A DNA stretch of 32,000 nucleotides, taken from the NCBI GenBank assembly GCA_030604855.1, contig JAUVVC010000001.1, forward strand, positions 150,001-182,000, in the 5' to 3' direction. Source of the DNA: Erysipelotrichaceae bacterium (GTDB lineage: Bacteria; Bacillota_I; Bacilli_A; Erysipelotrichales; Erysipelotrichaceae). Below, one piece after another: positions 1-8,648 of the stretch. Under the pieces are notes generated by a model. It was not told the DNA's origin. It saw only the letters and a program-made list of their open reading frames with translations, and ran no database searches. Within the stretch, counting starts at the first letter, position 1; each line of letters begins with the position of its first letter. The position numbers were made by a program, and so were the translations under genes.

Positions 1-1
1 A

Positions 2-256
2 ATTTCGAAGTTCCGCCCTCCAGTGCCTATATTCGCAGTTACCTTTACAAAGTCGGTGCAACGTAAGTTGGAATCACATTGGGGTGTCATCCCAATCTTG
101 TCGGATATTCAGAATGAAATGACGAACGATGATGAATTGGCAACGATCATTGCCAAAGATCGTGGTTTGGTTCGTGGTGACTATGTCATCATTACCGCTG
201 GGTATCCTACCGGTGAGGGTACCGCCAACATGATGAAAATTGTTGAAATCAAATAG
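2..256 (+). CDS. pyk: pyruvate kinase, C-terminal fragment (5' end lies outside the window)
   Basis: The reading frame is open to the left edge. The translation ...FRPPVPIFAVTF..HWGVIPIL..DYVIITAGYPTGEGTANMMKIVEIK follows the conserved C-terminal (allosteric) domain pattern of pyruvate kinases (..P.IAVT..WGV.P....V.TAG.P.G..G.TN..K). TAG stop at 254-256. Confidence 0.8.
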   Translation: MSKFRPPVPIFAVTFTKSVQRKLESHWGVIPILSDIQNEMTNDDELATIIAKDRGLVRGDYVIITAGYPTGEGTANMMKIVEIK

Positions 257-265
257 GGGACAAAC

Positions 266-1165
266 ATGAGAACTGTAATCGGGATTGATTTGGGTGGCAC
301 CAATGCACGTGTTGCCAAAGTGACTGAAGATGGTCAAATCTTACAAGTCGTAAGCGCTCCTTCGCATGCTTTGGAAGGTACTGAAAAAGTCATGGATAAT
401 CTCAAGGCTTTGATCCGTCAGATCAAAGGTTTAGATGAAGTCATTGGAATCGGTATTGGTGTTCCGGGCCCTGTGGATACCGTTCGTGGTGTCATGACCA
501 TGGCAACCAATCTACCCGGTTTTGAAAACTATCCGATGGCTCAAGAAATTGAACGTGAGTTCAATAAGCCGACCTATGTCGATAACGATGCGAACGTCGC
601 AGGTTTAGCGGAAGCTTTGGTTGGGGCTGGTAAAGGTTATAAGATCGTTTACTACATGACGCATTCAACCGGTGTCGGCGGCGCGTTGGTCGTCGATGGC
701 AAAGTCGTTTCAGGTAAGAACGGTTATGCCGGTGAAGTTGGAAACATCATCGTCACCAGCGAAGGTGAGAAGATCAATCACTTGAACGTTGGGGCAGCTG
801 AGAATGTCTTCAGTGGAACCGCTTTGGTCAAATTGGCTCAAAAGGAATTGGATCCTAAGATTACTTCCGCCAAAGCCATCTTTGATTTGGCTCAAGAAGG
901 CAATGAAAAAGCCATAAAGATGATCGATGACATGGCGTATCACTTTGCACTTTTGTGCTCTGCGATCGGCCATGTGGTGGATCCCCATGTGTTTGTCATC
1001 GGTGGTGGGGTTGCGAAGTCCCATGCGTTCTACTTTGATAAAATTTTAAGCAATTACAATAATTTAGTGCATGTCGGCATGCGCAATCCGCTTTTCAAAC
1101 GTGCTGAGCTCAGTGAGCCTGGTATCGTTGGGGCGGCCATGCTTCCAATATCACACGGAAAATAG
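266..1165 (+). CDS. ROK-family sugar kinase (glucokinase-like)
   Basis: Has IGIDLGGTN phosphate-1 motif, DNDANVAGLAE, and a ROK-type GKNGYAGEVGN signature. GGGGA ribosome-binding site upstream of ATG 266. The usual CxCGxxGC zinc motif is not visible, as the protein has only one Cys. Confidence 0.75.
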   Translation: MRTVIGIDLGGTNARVAKVTEDGQILQVVSAPSHALEGTEKVMDNLKALIRQIKGLDEVIGIGIGVPGPVDTVRGVMTMATNLPGFENYPMAQEIEREFNKPTYVDNDANVAGLAEALVGAGKGYKIVYYMTHSTGVGGALVVDGKVVSGKNGYAGEVGNIIVTSEGEKINHLNVGAAENVFSGTALVKLAQKELDPKITSAKAIFDLAQEGNEKAIKMIDDMAYHFALLCSAIGHVVDPHVFVIGGGVAKSHAFYFDKILSNYNNLVHVGMRNPLFKRAELSEPGIVGAAMLPISHGK

Positions 1166-1172
1166 GAGTTTT

Positions 1173-2411
1173 ATGTTAAGAAGAAAAACATTATTGAGTA
1201 AATACGCTGAGTTGGCGGTCAAGATCGGGGCAAATGTCCAAAAGGGTCAACCTTTGATGATCAGTGCCAACATCGAAACGAAGGATTTCATCCGTATTTT
1301 GGTTGAAGAAGGCTATAAGGCAGGGGCTTCCCATGTCTTTGTCCGTTACAACGATGAAATCGTGAATCATCATACCTACACTTATTGTGATTTAGAACAA
1401 TTGGGAACCGTTCCAAATTATATCGTGGAACAATTCAATTATTTCATTGAAAAAGGCTATGCCTTGATTTCCGTACATGCGGAAACACCCGGTTTGATGG
1501 CGGACATCGATCCAATCAAGATTCAAACGGCTGCGATCGCACAAAACAAAGCACTTAAATCATGGCGTGAGCACACCATGGGCAATCGTACCCAATGGTG
1601 CGTCATCTCTGTCCCAACCGCAGGTTGGGCTAAGAAGGTCTTCCCTGACATCACGGAAGAAATGGCCATCGATGCTTTGTGGGAAGCCATCTTCAACGCG
1701 GTGCGTGTTCGTGAGGACAATGATCCTGTTGCGGAGTGGGAAAAACACAACGAAACCTTGCACAATCACAATGAAGCCTTGAATACCTACAACTTCAAGT
1801 CCTTGCATTTCAAGAACAGCTTGGGAACCGATCTCACGATCGAACTCATCCCGAATCATGTCTGGGCAGGGGGCAATGAGAAGTCGACCAAGGGGGTCGT
1901 GTTCAATCCAAACATGCCGACCGAAGAAAGCTTCACCATGCCGTATAAATACGGTGTGAATGGTAAAGTCGTTGCGACAAAACCACTCAACTACAATGGT
2001 AATCTGATCAAGGATTTCTGGTTGGAATTCAAAGATGGCAAAGTCGTCAATTACGATGCCAAAGAGGCTAAGGATTCACTCAAGAGTTTGATTGAGTTTG
2101 ATGAAGGATCATCCTATTTGGGTGAAGTCGCCTTGATCTCACACGATTCACCGATCTCCAACAGCAATATCCTCTTCTTGAACACCTTGTTCGATGAAAA
2201 CGCATCCTGTCACTTGGCATTGGGACGAGCATATCCCATGAATGTCAAAGGTGGCAACGATATGACGCAAGAAGAATTGGATAAGTTGGGTTCAAACAAC
2301 TCGATGGAACACGAAGACTTCATGTTTGGCAGTGTGGACATGTCCATCATTGGCTTGACGCAAGACAATCAAGAAGTGGTTGTGTTCAAAGACGGTAATT
2401 TCGCATTCTAA
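1173..2411 (+). CDS. pepS: M29-family aminopeptidase (PepS/AmpS type)
   Basis: From ATG 1173 (AGGAG at 1164-1168) the product MLRRKTLLSKYAELAVKIGANVQKGQPL... matches the aminopeptidase PepS/AmpS layout, with ...FDENASCHLALG...HEDFMF near the C-terminus. The ORF-track start at 1071 overlaps the ROK gene and has no ribosome-binding site. Confidence 0.75.
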   Translation: MLRRKTLLSKYAELAVKIGANVQKGQPLMISANIETKDFIRILVEEGYKAGASHVFVRYNDEIVNHHTYTYCDLEQLGTVPNYIVEQFNYFIEKGYALISVHAETPGLMADIDPIKIQTAAIAQNKALKSWREHTMGNRTQWCVISVPTAGWAKKVFPDITEEMAIDALWEAIFNAVRVREDNDPVAEWEKHNETLHNHNEALNTYNFKSLHFKNSLGTDLTIELIPNHVWAGGNEKSTKGVVFNPNMPTEESFTMPYKYGVNGKVVATKPLNYNGNLIKDFWLEFKDGKVVNYDAKEAKDSLKSLIEFDEGSSYLGEVALISHDSPISNSNILFLNTLFDENASCHLALGRAYPMNVKGGNDMTQEELDKLGSNNSMEHEDFMFGSVDMSIIGLTQDNQEVVVFKDGNFAF

Positions 2412-2415
2412 TCAA

Positions 2416-2440
2416 GGGAACAGCAGTTCCCTTTTTCTTT
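2416..2440 (+). terminator. intrinsic terminator after the aminopeptidase gene
   Basis: GGGAAC-agca-GTTCCC hairpin followed directly by TTTTTCTTTT. Confidence 0.75.
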
Positions 2441-2454
2441 TGTCTGTGTTAATC

Positions 2455-2475
2455 TGTATATACAATGTATATACA
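2455..2475. promoter_or_regulatory. tandem 10-bp palindromes, probable autoregulatory operator of the RelB/DinJ-like gene
   Basis: TGTATATACA (2455-2464), then a, then TGTATATACA (2466-2475). Each copy is a perfect palindrome. They sit 12 nt upstream of ATG 2487, just before the AAGGAG ribosome-binding site. Confidence 0.45.
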
Positions 2476-2486
2476 CAAGGAGTCTT

Positions 2487-2750
2487 ATGAAAGATTCAAT
2501 CATCAACCTTAGAGTTGAGAAAGCCTTAAAAGAAGAGGTTACCCTAATCCTTGAGGAACAAGGTCTAAGCATGTCTCAATTCATTCAACTTGTTTTAAGA
2601 GAGGTTCAACGTTCAAAACGTATCCCTCGACATCTTGTTTTAAAGGATGAGGATCAAGAAAATAGAGATGATCCAATTCATTTGAAGGGTGAATCCAATG
2701 CGACAATCAGTGAACACTTGTATCGAAAGATGACTGCACAGAAAAAGTGA
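2487..2750 (+). CDS. RelB/DinJ-family (ribbon-helix-helix) antitoxin-like protein, orphan
   Basis: N-terminus INLRVEKALKEEVTLILEEQGLSMSQFIQLVLREV follows the DinJ/RelB pattern (NxRxDxxLKxxAxxxxxxxGLxxSxAIxMFLxQ). AAGGAG ribosome-binding site at 2477-2482. No toxin ORF is adjacent. Confidence 0.6.
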   Translation: MKDSIINLRVEKALKEEVTLILEEQGLSMSQFIQLVLREVQRSKRIPRHLVLKDEDQENRDDPIHLKGESNATISEHLYRKMTAQKK

Positions 2751-2771
2751 TGGACACCATGTTCATCACTC

Positions 2772-3191
2772 TTAATTTTTCTTTATTGAATCCCTTTCGA
2801 TTCGATCGATGACTTTTGTGATCATCCCTTTTAATAAGCCTTTGACCAAGAAACCGGTTCCTGGAACCAAAGGTGTGAACTGTATCACCCAGGACAAATC
2901 TGTAGAATCCTCTTTTTGAGACAAATTGAGCGTTCCGAGATAATCCGATTGAACCGGTGCGCCTTTTAACAGTGTGTAAGTCATTGAAAAGGGTGGATCA
3001 GAACTCAGACATTTCTCTTGAACGCTGAGGGGTCCATTGAATATCTTTCGAATCGATCCGACACCATTGTTTGGATTCCCTTCATCCAAAATAATGACTC
3101 GATATGGACCTGTAGCGGTTTTGAAATTAGATGCCTTCCATGCCTTGTCGATGGATGCATTGATATGACGATTTAGCTCAAGCTTTACCAT
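2772..3191 (-). CDS. SRPBCC (START/Bet v1-like) superfamily protein
   Basis: About 139 aa from ATG 3191 (AGGAGGG ribosome-binding site on the minus strand). The size and the pattern MVKLELNRHINASIDKAWKA... ...LSWVIQFTP are typical of polyketide-cyclase/SRPBCC-fold proteins. The assignment is by general resemblance only. Confidence 0.45.
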   Translation of the reverse strand: MVKLELNRHINASIDKAWKASNFKTATGPYRVIILDEGNPNNGVGSIRKIFNGPLSVQEKCLSSDPPFSMTYTLLKGAPVQSDYLGTLNLSQKEDSTDLSWVIQFTPLVPGTGFLVKGLLKGMITKVIDRIERDSIKKN

Positions 3192-3484
3192 ATTTAGCCC
3201 TCCTAATGTCATCATAGCACTTTATCTTTTTGATACAACGGGAATATCGAGGTATATTGCATGACATGGAGTATAAACTTTGTAGAGTTTAATGTATAAA
3301 TTTAGCAAAGCAACCATCTATTGTGATTAATACAATAAAGACGTGCTTTTTTTGATGATTACTATCAAAATAATTCGGATACTCTATTGAGAGTCGAACC
3401 ACTTTAAAACGATATGAATTATCATTCTAAATTCGATAGAATATTTAAATCTTTGTATTGTGTCATAAAAATATCTTGATAAAA

Positions 3485-3513
3485 TTCAAAATATATGACA
3501 ACAATGCTATAAT
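3485..3513 (+). promoter_or_regulatory. sigma-A type promoter for the XRE-ImmA-PIN cassette
   Basis: -35 TTCAAA (3485-3490), 17-nt spacer ending in an extended -10 TG (3505-3506), -10 TATAAT (3508-3513). It lies 23 nt upstream of ATG 3536. Confidence 0.55.
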
Positions 3514-3535
3514 TGGATTACCAGGGGAGGATATT

Positions 3536-3862
3536 ATGAGTTCTATTAGAAATAATTTTCGTCGTATCAGAGAATCTATGAATATAACGCAAGCATACTT
3601 AGCAGAGTATCTGGGTATCGATCAATCCATGCTTAGTAAATTTGAAAAAGGTGAACGAGAGTTAAGTACACATCACCTTGATAAGGCGTGTTTGTTATTT
3701 GGTTGTTTCATACAAGACTTGGAGATTGAAAATTTTAGTCCAAGTTTAAAGATATTGTTTAGGGCAAAAGAACTCGAATCTATTGACCTTGAATCGATTT
3801 CAAAGATTCAACAGATAGCCCTCAATATTATCGAGATGAAGGGGTTATTACATGAAGACTAA
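3536..3862 (+). CDS. XRE-family helix-turn-helix transcriptional regulator
   Basis: IRESMNITQAYLAEYLGIDQSMLSKFEKGERELS is a canonical Cro/C1-type HTH. GGGGAGG ribosome-binding site at 3524-3530. The ORF-track start at 3458 lies inside the promoter. Confidence 0.85.
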   Translation: MSSIRNNFRRIRESMNITQAYLAEYLGIDQSMLSKFEKGERELSTHHLDKACLLFGCFIQDLEIENFSPSLKILFRAKELESIDLESISKIQQIALNIIEMKGLLHED

Positions 3863-4595
3863 AGACAGTTTACAACGCTTTGCTTATGATGTTCGCACTC
3901 TTTTAGGAGCAGAAGTAGGTGGTCCCATCGACCTTAAAACACTTGTAGAAGCGCATGGAAAACTAACGATTGTATATTATCCTTTTGCAGATAATATTAG
4001 TGGTATGTGTTTAAAGTCAGCTGATTTGATTGCGATCAATTCGAGATCTACTTTAGGGCGACAGAATTTTTCTCTAGCGCATGAACTGTACCATTACTTT
4101 GATCATCAGAACGAAGATAATTCAGTATCCGTTGCTCAAAATTCTAAAGTCAAAGGAAATGATTCTGAAGTAGAAGCTGACCTATTCGCTAGTTATCTAC
4201 TGATGCCTTCACAGTCCTTGCATTCAGATATTACAGAGCGTAAAGAGGATAGAAATAAATTAGAACTCAAAGATATTATTTTTATTGAGCAGCTTTATGG
4301 AGTGAGTCGAAAATCGTTGCTGGTGCGTCTTGTAGCAGATGGATATCTTACCGTAGATGAAAGTAAATACTTCGAAAAAGATATTCAAAGAGGAGCGCTT
4401 CGTTTGGGTTATGATTTAGCTCTATACAAAACTTGCGATAAGAATATTCATTCAACAACTGGGCGTTACCTATCGCTCGCACATAAATTAAGAGATGCAT
4501 CATTGATTTCTCAAGGTAAATTTGAATCATATTTATTAGATGCTTTTAGAGAGGATTTAGTTTTTGATTTGGAAGTTAATGAAGTATATGACTAA
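3852..4595 (+). CDS. ImmA/IrrE-family (COG2856) zinc metallopeptidase
   Basis: HELYH (HExxH) at 4080-4094, followed by EVEADLFASYLLMP (the third-ligand/E..AN.FA..LLmP motif of the family). The start overlaps the XRE stop. Confidence 0.8.
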   Translation: MKTKDSLQRFAYDVRTLLGAEVGGPIDLKTLVEAHGKLTIVYYPFADNISGMCLKSADLIAINSRSTLGRQNFSLAHELYHYFDHQNEDNSVSVAQNSKVKGNDSEVEADLFASYLLMPSQSLHSDITERKEDRNKLELKDIIFIEQLYGVSRKSLLVRLVADGYLTVDESKYFEKDIQRGALRLGYDLALYKTCDKNIHSTTGRYLSLAHKLRDASLISQGKFESYLLDAFREDLVFDLEVNEVYD

Positions 4596-5127
4596 ATTGA
4601 TTTTCTTTGACACGGATTGTTTGTCTTCTTTTTTGTGGGTTGATTCGATGAACTTGCTAATACAATGTTTTCCACAAGGATTCATACTTCCAAGACCAGT
4701 ATATGAAGAATTTAAAAAAATACCACACTTTCATCAAAAAGTTGATGGTTACATTCAAAAAGGCTTTCTAGAAATCAAGGATATTGAATCAGGAACAAAC
4801 GAATATCGGAACTATGTAGATCTTGTTAGTGGACGAGATGCGAGTGTTCCGCGTATTGGTAAAGGTGAAGCAGCTGCAATTGTGTTGGCACATCGATATA
4901 AAGGTATTTTAGCAAGTAATAACTTATCGGATATAAGTTATTACATCCAATTCTTTGATCTTGAGTCATTAACAAGTGCGTCAATCTTGGAGATGATGTA
5001 TCGTAAAAATATCATTGATCTTCAATCCGCTGAGTCGCTTTGGAGCGGCATGTTAAAAAAGCGAAGAAAACTTCCATGTTCAACGTTTCAGGATTACCTG
5101 GATAAGCTTGAAAAGTATCCATATTGA
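4588..5127 (+). CDS. PIN-like (DUF4411-type) predicted nuclease
   Basis: From ATG 4588 the protein begins MTKLIFFDTDCLSSF, a PIN beta-1 strand with an acidic residue. A later GKGEAAAIVLA motif is typical of PIN-like proteins encoded after ImmA genes. The ATG overlaps the ImmA stop (ATGACTAA). Confidence 0.55.
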   Translation: MTKLIFFDTDCLSSFLWVDSMNLLIQCFPQGFILPRPVYEEFKKIPHFHQKVDGYIQKGFLEIKDIESGTNEYRNYVDLVSGRDASVPRIGKGEAAAIVLAHRYKGILASNNLSDISYYIQFFDLESLTSASILEMMYRKNIIDLQSAESLWSGMLKKRRKLPCSTFQDYLDKLEKYPY

Positions 5128-5152
5128 CATTGATTTCCATTTGGCTTAAACT
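5124..5152 (+). promoter_or_regulatory. promoter of the thrS leader
   Basis: -35 TTGACA (5124-5129, overlapping the PIN gene stop codon), 17-nt spacer, -10 TAAACT (5147-5152). Confidence 0.45.
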
Positions 5153-5168
5153 CTAGACATAGCCAATG

Positions 5169-5363
5169 CTTAAGACATGATGATTGGTGCTTTGTACAGA
5201 GAGAAAGTGTTTGGTGCAAACTTTCCTGAGCTCAATTGATTACCACTTAAGGGGTGGATTCATGAAAGAATCCCGTTTGATCGACGTTAACGATGAGTGC
5301 AAGGCAATAGCTTTGAATTAAGGTGGTACCGCGAGAATCTCGTCCTTTGGATGGGATTTTTTT
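5169..5363 (+). promoter_or_regulatory. T-box riboswitch leader, threonine specifier (ACC)
   Basis: - The Stem I base is formed by CTTAAG (5169-5174) pairing with CTTAAG (5246-5251).
- Stem I carries a TGATGA K-turn element, an AGAGAG bay and a GGTGCAAA distal-loop motif.
- Specifier ACC at 5242-5244 is followed by a purine.
- The conserved T-box sequence AATTAAGGTGGTACCGCG is at 5316-5333.
- A terminator hairpin, ATCTCGTCC-ttt-GGATGGGAT plus T7, is at 5335-5363. Confidence 0.85.
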
Positions 5364-5384
5364 ATATAAAAGGAGGATCGTGGA

Positions 5385-7115
5385 ATGATCAATATTAAAG
5401 AACATGCGGAATTGAATGTATTGAATCACTCCGGAGCGCATTTGATGGCTCAGGCAGTGAAACGTTTGTATCCACAAGCGATGTTTTGGGTAGGACCTGT
5501 CATTACGGAAGGCTTCTACTATGACATTGATTTAGGAGATGTGGTTTTGAGTGAATCCGATCTTCCGAAGATCGAAGCGGAAATGAAGAAGATTTCTAAA
5601 GATGGTAAGCGTATCGTACGTGAAGAAATCTCTAAGGAAGAAGCGTTGGAGCGTTTCAAGGATGATCCCTACAAACTCGATCTCATCCACAACATGGAAG
5701 GGGTCACCATCTCGACCTATAAACAAGGTGAGTTTGAAGACTTGTGTCGTGGGCCACACGTGGATACGGTCAAACAAATCAAGTTCTTCAAGTTGTTAAA
5801 GGTTTCTGGAGCGTATTGGAAGGGTGATGCCAACAATAAGATGCTTCAACGTGTTTACGGTATTGTATTTGATACCCAAGAAGCTTTGGATAATCATCTC
5901 TACCTCTTGGAAGAGGCGAAGAAGCGCGATCATAAGAAGTTGGGTAAAGAACTCGAACTCTTCATGATGAGTGAATACGGTCCGGGTTTCCCATTCTGGT
6001 TGAACAAGGGGATGATTCTTAGAAACATCCTGGAGAACTTCTGGTATGAAGAGCACACCAAAGAAGGTTATGAGTTCATCAAGACACCGATCATGTTGTC
6101 TCAAGAATTGTGGGAAGTATCAGGTCACTGGTTCAACTACAAAGAAAACATGTACATCAGTGATGTGGATGATCGTCAATTTGCGATAAAGCCAATGAAT
6201 TGCCCAGGCGGCATGTTGGTGTATAAGAATCGTTTGTATTCCTACAAAGATCTGCCACTGCGTGTGGGTGAATTGGGCTTGGTTCATCGTCATGAGGCAA
6301 GCGGTGCGCTCAATGGTTTGTTCAGAGTGCGTACCTTCACTCAAGATGATGCGCATTTGTACATGACTCCGGATCAGGTTGAAGATGAAATCGTACGTTT
6401 GATTGCGTTCTTCGATCGTGTGTATAAGATCTTTGGTCTACAGTACTCCATTGAACTCTCAACACGTCCTGAAGAGAAATACATCGGAAGTATCGAAGTA
6501 TGGGATGAATCCGAACGTATCCTAGAATCGGCTTGTAAGAAGTCTGGACACAGTGTCAAGGTCAATCCAGGGGATGGGGCATTCTATGGTCCTAAGTTGG
6601 ATTTCCACCTCCAAGACTCCTTAGGACGTGCTTGGCAGTGTGGTACGATCCAATTGGATATGAACTTGCCAGAACGTTTCGATCTGACCTATGTGGACAG
6701 TGATGGTTCGAAGAAAAGACCGATCATGTTGCATCGTGTCATCTTTGGTTCCGTTGAACGTTTCATCGGCATCTTGATTGAGCACTACGCAGGTGCCTTC
6801 CCATTGTGGTTGGCTCCGGATCAAATCCGTATCTTACCGGTCAATCCTGAGATCCACCATGACTTTGCACATGAATTGAAGGATCAACTTCTCGCCTTAG
6901 GTTTCCGTGTTGAAGTGGATGAACGGAATGAAAAGTTGGGTTATCGCTTACGTGAAGCTCAAATGAAGAAAGTTCCAATCCAATTGACTATTGGGGATAA
7001 AGAAGTTGAGAATAAAGAAGTCAATCTTCGTCGTTATGGTTCACAAGCAAGTGAAACCGTCAAAGTACAAGAGATGATTAAGAATCTTCTTAGTGAAGTG
7101 AAGGAAAAACGATAA
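5385..7115 (+). CDS. thrS: threonine--tRNA ligase (short form without the N-terminal TGS domain)
   Basis: - AGGAGG ribosome-binding site at 5371-5376.
- HSGAHLMAQAV editing-domain motif almost at the N-terminus.
- Class II core motifs: FAIKPMNCPGG, RVGELGLVHRHEASGAL, FRVRTFTQDDAH, GPKLDF.
- C-terminal anticodon-binding domain.
- A Thr-specific T-box lies upstream. Confidence 0.95.
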   Translation: MINIKEHAELNVLNHSGAHLMAQAVKRLYPQAMFWVGPVITEGFYYDIDLGDVVLSESDLPKIEAEMKKISKDGKRIVREEISKEEALERFKDDPYKLDLIHNMEGVTISTYKQGEFEDLCRGPHVDTVKQIKFFKLLKVSGAYWKGDANNKMLQRVYGIVFDTQEALDNHLYLLEEAKKRDHKKLGKELELFMMSEYGPGFPFWLNKGMILRNILENFWYEEHTKEGYEFIKTPIMLSQELWEVSGHWFNYKENMYISDVDDRQFAIKPMNCPGGMLVYKNRLYSYKDLPLRVGELGLVHRHEASGALNGLFRVRTFTQDDAHLYMTPDQVEDEIVRLIAFFDRVYKIFGLQYSIELSTRPEEKYIGSIEVWDESERILESACKKSGHSVKVNPGDGAFYGPKLDFHLQDSLGRAWQCGTIQLDMNLPERFDLTYVDSDGSKKRPIMLHRVIFGSVERFIGILIEHYAGAFPLWLAPDQIRILPVNPEIHHDFAHELKDQLLALGFRVEVDERNEKLGYRLREAQMKKVPIQLTIGDKEVENKEVNLRRYGSQASETVKVQEMIKNLLSEVKEKR

Positions 7116-7116
7116 A

Positions 7117-8016
7117 ATGAAGCGATTAATCAGCGTCATTCTTAGTTTATTGATTTTGTTTGGATGTCAGGCTAAACCTTTAGAGTGGGAGAATCTAACG
7201 ATTCTCTCCCCTAAGGGGGCACCTGCACTCAGCTTGATTCCACTTTTGGATGAGGCAAAGGATCAGATTGAGTTTGTGGATGGGACGGATGTCATCAGTG
7301 CGGAACTCATCAAGGGTGAACAAGATATGATCATCGCTCCAGTCAACCTTGGGGCTGCCTTAAGCAAGAAGGGTGAGAACCAATATCGGCTCTATGCCGT
7401 CGTGACTTGGGGTAATCTCTACTTAGTGGGTCCAAGCAATACCGACATCAATGCAGAAACCATCGCTATCTTTGGGGAACAAGCAGTCCCAGGTCTTGTA
7501 TTCAAACAGGTCTTGAATCAAAGCACTGAAGCCTTTGCGTCGGTTACCGATGTCCAAGGTCAACTCTTAGCGGGTCAGTATAAAGTAGGACTTTTAGCAG
7601 AACCTTTGGTTACGGCAACCATCGCAAAGGCTAAGAGCTTGACGCCTGCTTTAGAATTAAGCATCCTCAGCGACCTTCAAGAATTATGGTCCAACAAAAC
7701 AGCACAGGACAACTATCCTCAAGCGGCTATCTTTGTAAAGTCAGATCTCAGTGAAGACAAACAAGCTCAAATCGATGCCCGTTTATTAAAGATGCAAGCC
7801 TACAATGAAGCCATCAATCAAAATCCAAGTCAATTGGAAAGTGATATCACTGAAGAAAGACTCACTCAATTGGGTGTGCCCAGTGGTAAGATCTTAGCTT
7901 CTGCTTGGGAGCGTATGAACATCAATGTTCAAGCGATCGCAGAAGTGAAAGATGCCGTTGAAGTGTTCCTGGAGCTCTTCAAGTTGAATGGATTAGAGAA
8001 TTATTACTACGAATAA
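7117..8016 (+). CDS. lipoprotein, possibly with a solute-binding-protein-like fold
   Basis: Signal peptide plus lipobox MKRLISVILSLLILFGC. The mature part has no recognisable catalytic motif. The binding-protein idea is only a resemblance. Confidence 0.6.
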   Translation: MKRLISVILSLLILFGCQAKPLEWENLTILSPKGAPALSLIPLLDEAKDQIEFVDGTDVISAELIKGEQDMIIAPVNLGAALSKKGENQYRLYAVVTWGNLYLVGPSNTDINAETIAIFGEQAVPGLVFKQVLNQSTEAFASVTDVQGQLLAGQYKVGLLAEPLVTATIAKAKSLTPALELSILSDLQELWSNKTAQDNYPQAAIFVKSDLSEDKQAQIDARLLKMQAYNEAINQNPSQLESDITEERLTQLGVPSGKILASAWERMNINVQAIAEVKDAVEVFLELFKLNGLENYYYE

Positions 8017-8022
8017 ATACGA

Positions 8023-8049
8023 AGGAGCATTTTATCGTGCTCCTTTTTT
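8023..8049 (+). terminator. intrinsic terminator
   Basis: AGGAGCA-ttttatcg-TGCTCCT followed by TTTTT. Confidence 0.8.
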
Positions 8050-8061
8050 AATGGAGGAATC

Positions 8062-8595
8062 ATGAAACCGAAACAATTAAAACAACTCACAAACTTTACC
8101 AATGAAGAACTGATTCACATCATTGAACAATTCACACAAGCGAGCAAGTCCAATCAAGATTTATTGGATGCACTTTTAGCAAGTGAGAAGGATATGGAAA
8201 AATTGTTTGTGAAGTGGGAAAAGAAACTGGATAATAGTTTTTGGACGCGTTCAGGGGATCTCAAGATTGCTAGCCCCAAGGCTGCCAATGATCTTTTAGT
8301 GTGGCTCAAAACCTTTCCTCAAGAAGAAGGGCGTTTATCCCTTATCCTTGATTTTGCGGATAATCTAGCTCTAATTCTGGAGGTATTGTATCGACCGGAT
8401 GAGCGATATCTGGATGTGTTGGAAGATGCGATCTTGGTCTGTTTGGATCGAAACATCGAATGGAAAACTAATCATCTAGAAATGATCGAGAACATAAAGT
8501 CGCATTCACTCCCTGAATACATGAGCAATTATGATGAAGTCTACCGTTTAATGGAAGAGCTTATACCCTATGAAGAAGATGATGAGGAAGAATGA
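8062..8595 (+). CDS. hypothetical protein with acidic C-terminus
   Basis: GGAGG ribosome-binding site upstream of ATG 8062 and coding-like composition. Ends in ...YEEDDEEE. No domain recognised. Confidence 0.6.
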   Translation: MKPKQLKQLTNFTNEELIHIIEQFTQASKSNQDLLDALLASEKDMEKLFVKWEKKLDNSFWTRSGDLKIASPKAANDLLVWLKTFPQEEGRLSLILDFADNLALILEVLYRPDERYLDVLEDAILVCLDRNIEWKTNHLEMIENIKSHSLPEYMSNYDEVYRLMEELIPYEEDDEEE

Positions 8596-8648
8596 TGCTT
8601 TTTATTTTTCGTTGATTCTGTTATGATACTTCCATTCTTGGAGAAGCA

